From the NCBI GenBank assembly GCA_003552585.1, contig PUNK01000010.1, forward strand, positions 43,909 to 107,908: a stretch of 64,000 bases of DNA. Reading direction: 5' to 3'. The notes beneath the pieces are model-generated. The model ran no database searches. It was not told the origin of the DNA and saw only the letters and a list, made by a program, of their open reading frames with translations. This document shows, in pieces, positions 19,584-29,179 of the stretch. The position numbers and the translations under genes are program-made. The DNA comes from Thermoplasmata archaeon. Lineage in GTDB: Archaea; Thermoplasmatota; Thermoplasmata; Halarchaeoplasmatales; Halarchaeoplasmataceae. Every line of letters begins with the position of its first letter. The first letter of the stretch is position 1.

Positions 19584-20675
19584 CTCGTTATCGGTGTTCT
19601 GGTCCTTTTTCTTAACTGAATAATAGATTATTGGGTGCTCCATCCATTCCATCTCACACAGACTGTCCGGCTTGAAACATATCCTGTGGGTTTTCATGTG
19701 CCCACACCCGGGAGGTGAATATTCTTGCCCAGATATCTCTCCCAGTATATGTTCTATCTGATACCTAGCTAGATCCACGTCGAAATCAGGTGATTTGCTG
19801 AAAAACGCTAATATGCCATCTTTATTCATTCCTGCGGCATGGAGAAAACTCGTGATTGCGAATCTAGCTTCGTGAGTGAGATTGACTCCTGACTGCTGAT
19901 CCTTGATCAGTTTTTTTATGCAAGGGGGGAAAAGTTCTGTTTCTATGGCCCCGAATTCACGCTCATCAAAAGACTCGATGCGTTCTTTTTCTATTTCCAA
20001 AATTTCTCTGATCTTTTCCACATGAGATCCTAACGCTTTCCCTATCTCAGGGGTGACCGGTAAAGGTAACTCTTCCGATATCCTATTAAAAAGTTTCTCT
20101 TTAAGCATCCTTATTACTTTGTTTTTCTCTAAAAGCACCTTTCCATTCCTTATCTCCTGATTTACTAGCTTCCAGCTGGGGGATGTTAGATGACCTATAT
20201 CCTTCAGATAATCTAAAAAATGAACCCTCCACAATATACCCCTATCATCTTCCTTATGAAGGTCAACCTTTATACCCAATTCATCTGCAATAGCTATGAT
20301 CATAGCTGCATCTTCGTAACCAAGCATATCTTTAAGGTTCTCAGCCTCGCCAAGCGCGTATCTCGAGGTTAAAAAATTCTCGTCAAAAACGGACACGAGC
20401 ATCCGAGCAACGGGATAGGAAAGTATTTCGATAAAACTTTCCATCTCCGTACTGTCTTCGGATGAGGCCCTTGCCAATATCTTCTTATTCTCAAGGGCTT
20501 CTTTAACTCTCTCCATCCCCCTCTGCCGTGCTGAAGCAAAATGCATGCCTTCAAGCAGCTCCTTGATTCCAATCCCCTGTTCCTCAATATACCTTTTAGC
20601 TGCAGAAACAAATGGGAAGCTGGCGATCTTATAATGCGGCCATTCTACTTCCTCCGTGACCGTTTCTGAAGGCAT
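19578..20675 (-). CDS. priL: DNA primase large subunit PriL
   Basis: FPF, SYPVAR, WKLVN, FPPCI, H..RF, YQIEHI and Fe-S cysteines (PPGC..C..C). Confidence 0.95.
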   Translation of the reverse strand: MPSETVTEEVEWPHYKIASFPFVSAAKRYIEEQGIGIKELLEGMHFASARQRGMERVKEALENKKILARASSEDSTEMESFIEILSYPVARMLVSVFDENFLTSRYALGEAENLKDMLGYEDAAMIIAIADELGIKVDLHKEDDRGILWRVHFLDYLKDIGHLTSPSWKLVNQEIRNGKVLLEKNKVIRMLKEKLFNRISEELPLPVTPEIGKALGSHVEKIREILEIEKERIESFDEREFGAIETELFPPCIKKLIKDQQSGVNLTHEARFAITSFLHAAGMNKDGILAFFSKSPDFDVDLARYQIEHILGEISGQEYSPPGCGHMKTHRICFKPDSLCEMEWMEHPIIYYSVKKKDQNTDNES

Positions 20676-20734
20676 CGTTGTATTGAATATCGAATAACAT
20701 ACTTAATCCTTTTTATCACTCATCCACTTGGTCT

Positions 20735-21829
20735 TCAAAGCAAAAACTGTTTTAAGCCCCAGGAAATTCTATGCATCGGTATATTTCCCAGGATGGGATG
20801 TACTGGGACCCATATAACCTGTTCACATGCTATTTCAGCATTCGGACAGTGGGCAGCCATATCCACAGCCTTTTGAGAGTAGATGGGTAGATCGTAACCA
20901 TGTCTCACCCCTATTCCAGCCTTCTGCATTCCATCGACTACCTTCTTCTTTTTTTCTGACAATATGCGAAGTGCGTACTGATTATAGACATGTTTCCTCT
21001 GCTTGATTTCACGAGGGAGCTTTACTAATCCTTTTTCTTCCAAAAATTCTAGATCTTCGTTGAGTGTAGAAGCGTTATCTCTACGTCTCTCGTTCATTTC
21101 GTCCAATTTGTTCAGCTGGACTATACCTATAGCTGCCTCAATATCAGTCATGAGGAAGTTGTAACCGATGGTATCATAGCGATTCTTTTTCACAGCACCA
21201 TGCTCTCGGAGCGAGCGAGCTCTCTTCGCAATAGAACTATCATCGGTAGTGATAATACCTCCCTCCCCGGTCACCATGTTCTTTGTAGCATAAAACGAAA
21301 AACATCCTACATCTCCTATGCTACCAGCCTGCTTTCCTTTGAATTCAGCTCCGTGGGCTTGACATGCGTCCTCTATTACTAGAAGATCATTATCCCTAGC
21401 CACCTCCATTATCCCATCCATATCTGCCATTTGGCCATAAAGATGTACCGGTAGTACGGCAGTAAAATCATCATCCAAGACCTGCATTATGGTCTCAGGA
21501 GTGATGTTGAAAGATTCCATATCAATATCTGCAAAAACAGGTGTGGCACCCACAAATAGAACAGGTGAAACACTAGCAATAAAACTGTAAGGAGTGACTA
21601 TCACCTTGTCGCCGGGTCCTATACCTAAAGACATCAAAGCGGTGTGTATTGCAGCAGTGCCCGAGCTAACTGCAACGGCTTCTTTTACTCCCACAAATTC
21701 AGCAAAAAGCTGTTCAAATTCTTTCACTTTTGGCCCTGAGGTTATCTGGCCGGAATCGAGTACCTTTTTAACTGCCTCTTTTTCCTCCTCAGTCAATAGA
21801 GGAAGAGCTGCTGGTATCCTACCGGTCAT
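20735..21829 (-). CDS. DegT/DnrJ/EryC1/StrS PLP-dependent sugar aminotransferase
   Basis: SSGTAA, PVHLYG, IEDACQAHGA, FSFYATKN..TGEGG. Confidence 0.93.
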   Translation of the reverse strand: MTGRIPAALPLLTEEEKEAVKKVLDSGQITSGPKVKEFEQLFAEFVGVKEAVAVSSGTAAIHTALMSLGIGPGDKVIVTPYSFIASVSPVLFVGATPVFADIDMESFNITPETIMQVLDDDFTAVLPVHLYGQMADMDGIMEVARDNDLLVIEDACQAHGAEFKGKQAGSIGDVGCFSFYATKNMVTGEGGIITTDDSSIAKRARSLREHGAVKKNRYDTIGYNFLMTDIEAAIGIVQLNKLDEMNERRRDNASTLNEDLEFLEEKGLVKLPREIKQRKHVYNQYALRILSEKKKKVVDGMQKAGIGVRHGYDLPIYSQKAVDMAAHCPNAEIACEQVIWVPVHPILGNIPMHRISWGLKQFLL

Positions 21830-21887
21830 ATAAAATAGATTATAGAAGTCATTTGATAATATACTTTCGGAGGTCTGATAGTTTTGG

Positions 21888-22625
21888 TTAGGAGGTTTCG
21901 ATTCTAGGTGCTAATAAGAACCTGACATGACCGTTTCCTTCTGCAAAATCAAACTCAAGTTTGACAGGATAATCTCGCCCTAGTTCTAGCTGGATCAACG
22001 TATCACCGGAAACAGATTTAATCATGCTGGAGAAGTAATCGAGAGCGAATAACGATCTAACTTCCTCCGGCGCATCCAATTCTTTGATATCGTCTTTTGA
22101 AAGTGATAAGCGTACAAGATCCTCGTCCTCTTCTGAAAACATGTCAAAGCCATCTGGCCCTGCAGTAAGAGCGATGTGGTCCGATATATTTTGTGAAGCT
22201 TTAACGCCCTTCAAAAGATGCTTCCCTTCTATAACAAGGTGAATCGGGAGATCGAGCTGGGGAACATTTGGATCAGTCATCCCAGCGGTATCCAATAGAG
22301 GCATCTTTTGGGTGATCTTATCTACCTCAAGGACCAACCTGTTTTCATCCTCTATATGGTCTATCTTAACCATCTCATCAGACGAAGAAAGCTTTAAAAA
22401 TTGTTCTAACTTGCTAAGGTTGAGACCTAGTTCGGTTTCTTGGGCTTCGTAAGAATCAAAAGCGTTTTTAGTCAGTTCAAGATGCACCATCGCAACATGG
22501 GCAGGATCTACAGCTTTTAGATTGATACCATCAGAACCTATATTCAATTTGACTTCGTCTACGATAGTACCAACTATGTCTACCAGTTTTTTTAGGGTTT
22601 CCGATTTTACTTCAGCATGTAACAT
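21888..22625 (-). CDS. pcn: DNA polymerase sliding clamp PCNA
   Basis: AVDPAHVAM, DYPVKL, FLLAPRIE; 245 aa. Confidence 0.97.
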   Translation of the reverse strand: MLHAEVKSETLKKLVDIVGTIVDEVKLNIGSDGINLKAVDPAHVAMVHLELTKNAFDSYEAQETELGLNLSKLEQFLKLSSSDEMVKIDHIEDENRLVLEVDKITQKMPLLDTAGMTDPNVPQLDLPIHLVIEGKHLLKGVKASQNISDHIALTAGPDGFDMFSEEDEDLVRLSLSKDDIKELDAPEEVRSLFALDYFSSMIKSVSGDTLIQLELGRDYPVKLEFDFAEGNGHVRFLLAPRIETS

Positions 22626-22694
22626 ATTAGTCCCCTGTGGAAATAAGGTTATCTCGTATATAGATTTAAATATTATGGTGTTCCTTTTTCCCCC

Positions 22695-23444
22695 GTGACA
22701 CGAGATGATTGTTTCAGCTTCCCTAAGTGGTTGTCTGAACGGGAAAGCGTCACTAAGGCTAATGAATTTTCTGCGCCTTTAGGAGCAAATTATGCCTACA
22801 TATGTTTCGATGATGTGTCATACGAAACCTTTCTAAACTCAAGAGTATTTGAAGAGCAGATCGAAATTAAAGGTTTTTCCGCTACTCATAGAGCTAAAGT
22901 AGCCGACCAGATCGGTGTGTTTTTTTCCTATTTCGGAGCACCAGCTGCGGGTTTACTATTAGAAACCCTGATCGCATCGGGCGTAAAGAAGGTACTAATG
23001 GTGGGTGAAGCGGGTTCGATCTCCACCGATTGTAAAGTAGGGGATGTAGTGATACCGACATGGGGTATAAGAGAAGAGGGAACCTCTTACCATTACCTTC
23101 CGCCCGATGTTCCAGTAAAACCTTCAGAAAGATTTTTAAAAACGCTTAGAAGCAAACTTAAAGACATGCAGATCATAGAGGGAGGTGTTTGGACCATCGA
23201 TGCCAGTCTGAGAGAGACACCAGATAAAGTACGTCTTTATGCAGCTAAAGGAGTAAAAGCGGTGGAGATGGAGTGTACAGCCCTGATGGCCATCTCATCG
23301 TTCCGGAAGATCGATTTCGCATCCGTACTCGTGATCACTGATGAATTAAGTTCTGGAGGGTGGTTGAGAGATGATAAAGGAGAGAAAGTTATCGATACCA
23401 AGGAGAAGTTAAGTTCACGTTTGGACAGTTCCGTTTTTCGATGA
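22695..23444 (+). CDS. Nucleoside phosphorylase (uridine/purine phosphorylase family)
   Basis: FGAPAA..LE.L, GEAGSI, REEGTSYHY, WTIDA..RET, AVEMEC. Confidence 0.88.
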   Translation: MTRDDCFSFPKWLSERESVTKANEFSAPLGANYAYICFDDVSYETFLNSRVFEEQIEIKGFSATHRAKVADQIGVFFSYFGAPAAGLLLETLIASGVKKVLMVGEAGSISTDCKVGDVVIPTWGIREEGTSYHYLPPDVPVKPSERFLKTLRSKLKDMQIIEGGVWTIDASLRETPDKVRLYAAKGVKAVEMECTALMAISSFRKIDFASVLVITDELSSGGWLRDDKGEKVIDTKEKLSSRLDSSVFR

Positions 23445-23487
23445 CACCGCCGTTGGATTTATTACGGACTTTTCCCATTCATTCAAC

Positions 23488-24201
23488 ATGGACAAGCTAA
23501 AAGGGTTGGATCTAGAAGGAAAAAGAGTTCTAGATGCAGGGACTGGGGGATGTAACATGACAACCTACTTGGAAAAATGGGGGGCGGAAGTGATCTCTGT
23601 CGATTTAAGAGATGATTGGCAGGAACAGTGTAGAGAGAAAACTGTCAAAACTCAGTTCGTCACTGCAGATCTCATCGATATGCCTTTTCTTAAAGACGAT
23701 GTTTTCGATTATATCGTGTGTAACTTCGTGATAAGCGCACTTACTCAAAAGAAAGGGACTCTTATCTCTCCAGCATTGAGGGAATTTTACCGAGTTTTAA
23801 AAAAAGGGGGGATGCTCATAGTCATCGACTACTATCCTTTTGAAGAAGGATCCTGCCCCTCCCCTATCGATGAACTGCACATGGCTCTTTGGCGGCTTGA
23901 GAACGCCGTGGCTGAACTTAGAGGCGAGGGACATCTTCTGGAATTCTCGCCTAACTCTCTAAAGAAAGAGTTAGAAGCCATAGGTTTTACCAAGGTTGAC
24001 ATCTCCACTTTGGTGGATAGAGTTGTTTGGCCGCAGGAGTTGCTTGAAGAGCACAAAGAAAACCTCCTCGAAGACATAGAGGGTTTCGATGATGAATTGA
24101 TGAAGAAGGCATTTAAAAGGAGACTGCATAAGATCATGGGAAAAACGAGTAAAAGAGAACTCCGCTCTGGATCCATATACGAATTGAGGGCAAAATACTG
24201 A
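23488..24201 (+). CDS. Class I SAM-dependent methyltransferase
   Basis: VLDAGTGG motif I, FDYIV, RVLKKGG. Confidence 0.85.
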   Translation: MDKLKGLDLEGKRVLDAGTGGCNMTTYLEKWGAEVISVDLRDDWQEQCREKTVKTQFVTADLIDMPFLKDDVFDYIVCNFVISALTQKKGTLISPALREFYRVLKKGGMLIVIDYYPFEEGSCPSPIDELHMALWRLENAVAELRGEGHLLEFSPNSLKKELEAIGFTKVDISTLVDRVVWPQELLEEHKENLLEDIEGFDDELMKKAFKRRLHKIMGKTSKRELRSGSIYELRAKY

Positions 24202-24204
24202 TAT

Positions 24205-25092
24205 CTATTTTCTAAGTTCTCCAAAGGTAGTTATCCTCTCCGCGAGGGCGTTGTGTTTGTGTATCGATTCCTCGCTCCTGCTCATGACTTCGATCTTAGT
24301 GCTGTCGGGGAAATCATTGTACATCTCTAAAACACCCTGGAGCACATCCCTCACCACGTCCTCTACAAACTTTGGATTCTCATGAGCGTGCATCACAACG
24401 GCGGCTTCATCATCCCTTTTCAATATCTCGTGGGTGGGTGATGAAAGCGAATTTTCCAGCAATTTTATGAGGGTGTTTACCTCGATCTCTTTGTCATTTG
24501 GGACCTCGATCATGAGAGATATCACATTCCGTTGATTATGAGTGATGACGGGAATATTTTTCAACAACGATTTTTGCTCAGGATACTTCTCCATCAGTTT
24601 CGTTCTAACTGTTTCCATGGCACAGGGGCAGGCGTTCAATCCAACTACCTCAACACCGATGTACTTCCTTCTCCTTCCATCCCTATACGCTTCGGTCCTA
24701 CCAATTATGTGGTAGTTCTCCAGACTCGGTCTGCCCAAGGGAGATTTCTTTTCTAAAAAGTAATCTGCCGATGCTTCTACTTCGGAATAGGATGCGTACT
24801 CGTGCCTTTGAAGGAGTGTTTCACACATCTGAGAAGTGAGATCCTCCAAACCCCTCACAGGTTCTCTAACACTTCTGTCTACGATCTCTCCGGTAACCTC
24901 GACGTTTCGAGACATGTGTGATCCCTTTTGATCCGAGGGGAGATCTACATAAACGTCTATCGTAGCGTTCAGAGTGACACTCCCCCACGGCCGTTCGACC
25001 ACCACGGGCTTTTTTACTCCAGTCACACCAACCCGAGTCAGCTTGAATCGCTGTTCGGCACGCTGGTTCTGTACATCGTCTCTTTCGGTCAT
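24205..25092 (-). CDS. mptA: GTP cyclohydrolase MptA (FolE2 family)
   Basis: DVQ, KGSHMSR, ACPCA, THNQR, NPKFVEDVVR, EESIHKHNA. Start at ATG 25092. Confidence 0.93.
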   Translation of the reverse strand: MTERDDVQNQRAEQRFKLTRVGVTGVKKPVVVERPWGSVTLNATIDVYVDLPSDQKGSHMSRNVEVTGEIVDRSVREPVRGLEDLTSQMCETLLQRHEYASYSEVEASADYFLEKKSPLGRPSLENYHIIGRTEAYRDGRRRKYIGVEVVGLNACPCAMETVRTKLMEKYPEQKSLLKNIPVITHNQRNVISLMIEVPNDKEIEVNTLIKLLENSLSSPTHEILKRDDEAAVVMHAHENPKFVEDVVRDVLQGVLEMYNDFPDSTKIEVMSRSEESIHKHNALAERITTFGELRK

Positions 25093-25243
25093 AAGAACCA
25101 AATTACTACTTTATTGGTGTATTAAACACTTTCGGGGTCAAAAATTCTCAAGTGTTTTCATTGCTATATCCATCCTTAAAAATCTAACAACATCTAACCC
25201 TTTCATTTATATACAACTTTATACTAGTCCTCATAGTGAGAAA

Positions 25244-25537
25244 ATGCCTTCAAAAGAAGATGTTGAGGAAAAGCTCAAGGATGTAGTAGACCCTCACACC
25301 GGTATGGACGTTCATTCCATGGGTCTGATTTCCGACCTCGAAGTAAAGGACGATTCTATCTCTCTGACCTTTACCCCAACCAGCCCATTCTGTCCTCTTG
25401 GGGTCCAACTGGCATTTATGATAAAAAAGGCGATCCTGGGAATAGAAGGTGTGGAGGAAGATAAAGTGGATATAGTCATTAAAGGGCATATCAACGAAGA
25501 GGATATAAACAAACAACTTTCAAACACAGGTGAATGA
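25244..25537 (+). CDS. DUF59/SufT-like metal-sulfur cluster assembly protein
   Basis: L..V.DP..G.D...MGLI and PTSPFCP motifs. True start ATG 25244; the ORF-track extension overlaps mptA. Confidence 0.88.
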   Translation: MPSKEDVEEKLKDVVDPHTGMDVHSMGLISDLEVKDDSISLTFTPTSPFCPLGVQLAFMIKKAILGIEGVEEDKVDIVIKGHINEEDINKQLSNTGE

Positions 25538-26399
25538 CTTGAAGATGGCACCAGAGTGCGTGCCATGTCTCTTAAAGCGTTGTCTGTATGAAGCACGTCT
25601 CGTTGATCCAGAAAAAGAGAGAGATGTTATAGAGGAAGCCCTTAAATTGGTAAATGATCATTTTGAAGAGGGGGCAGTATCTGCAGAGGTTGCAACTAAA
25701 GTTCATAAAAAGGTATACGAGATCCTTGAAACTGAAGATCCCTATGCCGAAATGAAAAGGGCAAGCAATGAAACTGCAGAGAAACTCTTACCGAAAGCCG
25801 AAAAACTAGCTTTAGAACAGGGTTTCAAAGGTGCCGCTTTGGCGTCAGTTGTTGGTAACGTACTAGATTTCGGATACAGAGACGACTATGATTCACCTGA
25901 TTTTCTTACAAGGATGTTTGATGAATTGGTAAAAGAAGGTTTTGGTTATGATGATACCGAAGAGATAGAGAATATCTTAAAAAAGGCAAATAATGTAATA
26001 TTTTTCACAGATAACACTGGTGAGATAGTACTAGATATCCCTCTGCTAAAAAAAATAAAAGAATACGATGTTCACCTTACTGTAGTGGTTAAAGGAGAAC
26101 CGGTACTCACAGATGCTACGATGGAGGATGCGGAGAGATACAACATTGTCGACATCGCAGATCAGATAGAGACCACGGGAGGTTTTGCAGTTGGTGTTAG
26201 CATGGTACAAATATCAGAGACGCTGAGAGATAAATTAGAAGATGCTGATCTTATAATAGCGAAGGGTATGGCTAACTGGGAGGCCCTATCTGAGACAAAT
26301 TTCAGCCCTATGGCCTTCATCACCCGGACGAAATGTAATCCGGTGGCTGAATCCATGGGTGTGCCGGAAGAGATAAACGTCGCCAAGCTATTCGAATGA
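25530..26399 (+). CDS. ARMT1-like / DUF89 damage-control phosphatase
   Basis: ECVPC, DPY..MK, GNVLD, DNTGE, KGMANWE, KC.PVA. Confidence 0.9.
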   Translation: MNDLKMAPECVPCLLKRCLYEARLVDPEKERDVIEEALKLVNDHFEEGAVSAEVATKVHKKVYEILETEDPYAEMKRASNETAEKLLPKAEKLALEQGFKGAALASVVGNVLDFGYRDDYDSPDFLTRMFDELVKEGFGYDDTEEIENILKKANNVIFFTDNTGEIVLDIPLLKKIKEYDVHLTVVVKGEPVLTDATMEDAERYNIVDIADQIETTGGFAVGVSMVQISETLRDKLEDADLIIAKGMANWEALSETNFSPMAFITRTKCNPVAESMGVPEEINVAKLFE

Positions 26400-26924
26400 A
26401 CTGTATTGATAAGCCACAACAACTTCAGCAGCTACAGTCCAGGGTTTCATCAATTGATCTGAAATCGAGATGACCTGTTTAAAATTCTTGTAAACAGGAC
26501 TGATGAAATCTCCTTTTTTGAACCCACCGATAACCACCACATAATCCTTTGACCTTGTCATACAATCCATTGGCTCTTTGTGTGTCCCTTTTGGAGACAT
26601 GATTATCTTTTCACCCAGTTCATCATTCAGTAGGGATATCAGATCCTGTTTTGTGTAGACCAGACCTGTAGGGCATTCCCCTTCTACGCATCGTTTCATC
26701 ATTTCAAAAAAATCTTCAAGATGTTCCGGAATCTTGACATCAGGCTCAAAAAGAAATACGTCGTCACTTTTCGTATGTATTATAGTTCTCAATTCCCGCT
26801 CATGGGCTAGGTTTGTATAGTGAGCGAATAAAAGAACGTTGTGTACTATCTCTAGAGAATACTCCTCGGACTGGGCTTTTTTATCGAACCTGGCTGTACA
26901 ATCAGCCAACACGATCGTCAACAT
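26388..26924 (-). CDS. Divergent Nep1/Emg1-like SPOUT methyltransferase paralogue
   Basis: IVH..LL, IIHT..D, IP, IGGF..GDF, ISI...L..W follow the Nep1 layout, but the RGRPD and RxPRxxxRF motifs are replaced. Confidence 0.7.
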   Translation of the reverse strand: MLTIVLADCTARFDKKAQSEEYSLEIVHNVLLFAHYTNLAHERELRTIIHTKSDDVFLFEPDVKIPEHLEDFFEMMKRCVEGECPTGLVYTKQDLISLLNDELGEKIIMSPKGTHKEPMDCMTRSKDYVVVIGGFKKGDFISPVYKNFKQVISISDQLMKPWTVAAEVVVAYQYSSFE

Positions 26925-26929
26925 GGATA

Positions 26930-28000
26930 TCACGTGATTATCTTATCCATCTCTTCTTTCTCCACGGCAAGCTTGATCTCCTGAGCTATCCTTCTTCCCG
27001 TGGACAGATTGGGCTCTATCAGGTCCGAGTATGGAGAACCTGATATAAAGGGGTTTGTACCAGCTACTATCCTAGAGGATATCTCGAAAACCTTGAAGTC
27101 CAGCTCCTCGGTAACTATGGTCTCCAAGCAGAAAGAGCCGTAAAGCCCATCGAAAAGTTCGTAAGACCTGTTCACCACCTTTTCACCCATATCAAACACT
27201 TTGGGAAGAAGGCTTTCTCTTATCACTACCGGAACATTTCCCGTGACAACAAATGAAGGGAAAATCAACATCTTCCGGAGTTCCTCCTGGGAGCCTAGTT
27301 TATACATCTCGTCTATATTCGCTTCATCCCTTCTATCGATCGAGAGCATCTCTAGCACACCATGATCGGTTTTGTAGCCCTCCTCGCGCACCGGAGAAAA
27401 GAAGTAATGCAGGTAGTACCGGGTCCCCATGATGTATTCTTGTATATGATATTCCTGGTCGTAATCTATACCCAGTTTGAAATCGGTATAATTTTTTGCT
27501 ATGAAGAATCCTCTTCCACCCTTCGCACCATGATATTTAACAAGAACAGGTTCATCTATATCCTCTGGATTCTCTATGATCCTAGGCATCTCGATACCAG
27601 CACTAGTTAGCCATTCTCTTTCCTTATTTCTATCCGATTCCCAGTTTAGCACCCTCCGGTTCCCAAAAGTCGGAATCTCCATATCCCTGAACCGTTCTGA
27701 TCCTAGATACTCTACAAAAGAGCCATGGGGAACGACTATAGTGTTCTTCTCTATCAATTCTTCCGTCTGTTCCATTATATCTTCGTATTCGTCAAGGACC
27801 ATGAATTCATCAGGCTTAGCTTTGGGGTAAGCATCATAAAACCTCGGCTTCTCACCAAAACTTATTCCAAGGGTGTTGAAGTCTTCTCTTCTAGCACCGT
27901 CAAAAATTTGCATGCTAGAATGGGAACAAACAGTGGCTATAGTTATATCGTCTTTATCGTAATCCTCCAATACCCGGGTGATGTATTCCTTACTAACCAT
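26930..28000 (-). CDS. purP: FAICAR synthetase PurP (formate-dependent, ATP-grasp)
   Basis: CSHSSMQ, VPHGSFVEY, GAKGGRG, FEISSRIVAGTN, STGRRIA. Confidence 0.93.
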   Translation of the reverse strand: MVSKEYITRVLEDYDKDDITIATVCSHSSMQIFDGARREDFNTLGISFGEKPRFYDAYPKAKPDEFMVLDEYEDIMEQTEELIEKNTIVVPHGSFVEYLGSERFRDMEIPTFGNRRVLNWESDRNKEREWLTSAGIEMPRIIENPEDIDEPVLVKYHGAKGGRGFFIAKNYTDFKLGIDYDQEYHIQEYIMGTRYYLHYFFSPVREEGYKTDHGVLEMLSIDRRDEANIDEMYKLGSQEELRKMLIFPSFVVTGNVPVVIRESLLPKVFDMGEKVVNRSYELFDGLYGSFCLETIVTEELDFKVFEISSRIVAGTNPFISGSPYSDLIEPNLSTGRRIAQEIKLAVEKEEMDKIIT

Positions 28001-28110
28001 ATCCTGAATAAAAAAAGGTGGTTTTTAATATTTTCTGTGCTCATAGCTTTAATAGAGTTCCATTAATGTTATATATAGATATATGTATTGTCTTTTAAAG
28101 GTGTAGATAC

Positions 28111-28416
28111 ATGGGAGATGAACCAAAAGTAGGACTCGCTGAGAGATTCAAAGGTTATTTTAGGAATAAAGCTATAAGACCTTCTGACAAAGTGGACAGG
28201 TATATAACAGGACGATTACCGGAACTGATAGGGGAGTACAAGCTAGCCACTAGAAATGATCTGGGAGGAATCGATAGGCGAATAGAAGAAGCATTAAACG
28301 AAGTAAGTGAACTGGATAGATGGAGGGAAGAAACTAAAAATAAGATAGAAAAGGCAGAGAAAAAGGTGAGTCGGCTTGAAAAATTCTATGGTATAGGAGA
28401 GGATAAGAATGTCTGA
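28111..28416 (+). CDS. Uncharacterised soluble coiled-coil protein (operon paralogue A)
   Basis: 101 aa, SD GGTG. Shares the VDRYI...L.ELI.EY.LA motif with ORFs 28409 and 29180 and ends KVSRLE. Confidence 0.8.
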   Translation: MGDEPKVGLAERFKGYFRNKAIRPSDKVDRYITGRLPELIGEYKLATRNDLGGIDRRIEEALNEVSELDRWREETKNKIEKAEKKVSRLEKFYGIGEDKNV

Positions 28417-28762
28417 AGCGTTAGCAGTGACTTTATTAGTAATACTTATAATTTTGATCATCGCATACCTGTTTTTCAGACAAAGAGCAAAAAAACAGGC
28501 CTTAAAGAGGAGATACGGGCATGTACCTAGTCATGTCGAACTATATTTTGAGGAGTATTTCGACGATATCATAGAAAATTGGGACCTCGTTGATAAGAAA
28601 CGGGCTAACGATTGGAGTGTAAAGATGAAAGGCAAGTTAGATGGTTTATCTAAAGAGATAAACATGCTCAAAGAGAGAAGGAAGGGCATCGATAACGAAT
28701 ACTCCAAGATAGAAAATCGTATCGAGAAACTTGAAAGTGAATGGCATAAGGAGGAAGGATAA
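28409..28762 (+). CDS. Uncharacterised N-terminally membrane-anchored coiled-coil protein (paralogue B)
   Basis: TM helix LAVTLLVILIILIIAYLFF; VELYFEEYFDDIIENWDLV motif; ends RIEKLE; overlaps the previous stop. Confidence 0.82.
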   Translation: MSEALAVTLLVILIILIIAYLFFRQRAKKQALKRRYGHVPSHVELYFEEYFDDIIENWDLVDKKRANDWSVKMKGKLDGLSKEINMLKERRKGIDNEYSKIENRIEKLESEWHKEEG

Positions 28763-28763
28763 A

Positions 28764-29177
28764 TTGTCTATCGCTGAAGTTATATCCGATAATTTTATGA
28801 TCATATTTTACTCTGTTGTGGTCATCATCGTTCTTCTTATAATTGCAAAAGTAGTGAATACAAGAGAAAGGAATAGGGCACGGAACAAATATGCCGAACT
28901 GAGATTAAAGTCCGAAAAGATGAAAATGCTGAAGAAAGAACGTTATATAAAAAATCTCAAAGATGCGACCATGGTGTTAAAGGATGATGAAAAAACGAAG
29001 ATAGACGAGATTGAAAGGGATAAAGCTATACTTTCGAGAAGGAGCCTTGCTCTGATGAACGAGGTGGAACAGAGAATGCAGAGATTAGAGAGAGGAACGG
29101 ATAATGCTAAATTACTGCAAACTTTGAAGGATATTAAAGAAGTTGAAAGAGAGTTATTTGGAAAGGAAGGTGGTTAA
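28764..29177 (+). CDS. Uncharacterised membrane-anchored coiled-coil protein
   Basis: TTG start after GGAGG; TM FMIIFYSVVVIIVLLIIA; long basic helix containing RMQRLE. Confidence 0.78.
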   Translation: MSIAEVISDNFMIIFYSVVVIIVLLIIAKVVNTRERNRARNKYAELRLKSEKMKMLKKERYIKNLKDATMVLKDDEKTKIDEIERDKAILSRRSLALMNEVEQRMQRLERGTDNAKLLQTLKDIKEVERELFGKEGG

Positions 29178-29179
29178 AT

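Noticed and set aside
24974-25243. N-terminal extension of the DUF59 ORF in the track
   Set aside because: It overlaps mptA on the opposite strand; the domain begins at ATG 25244.
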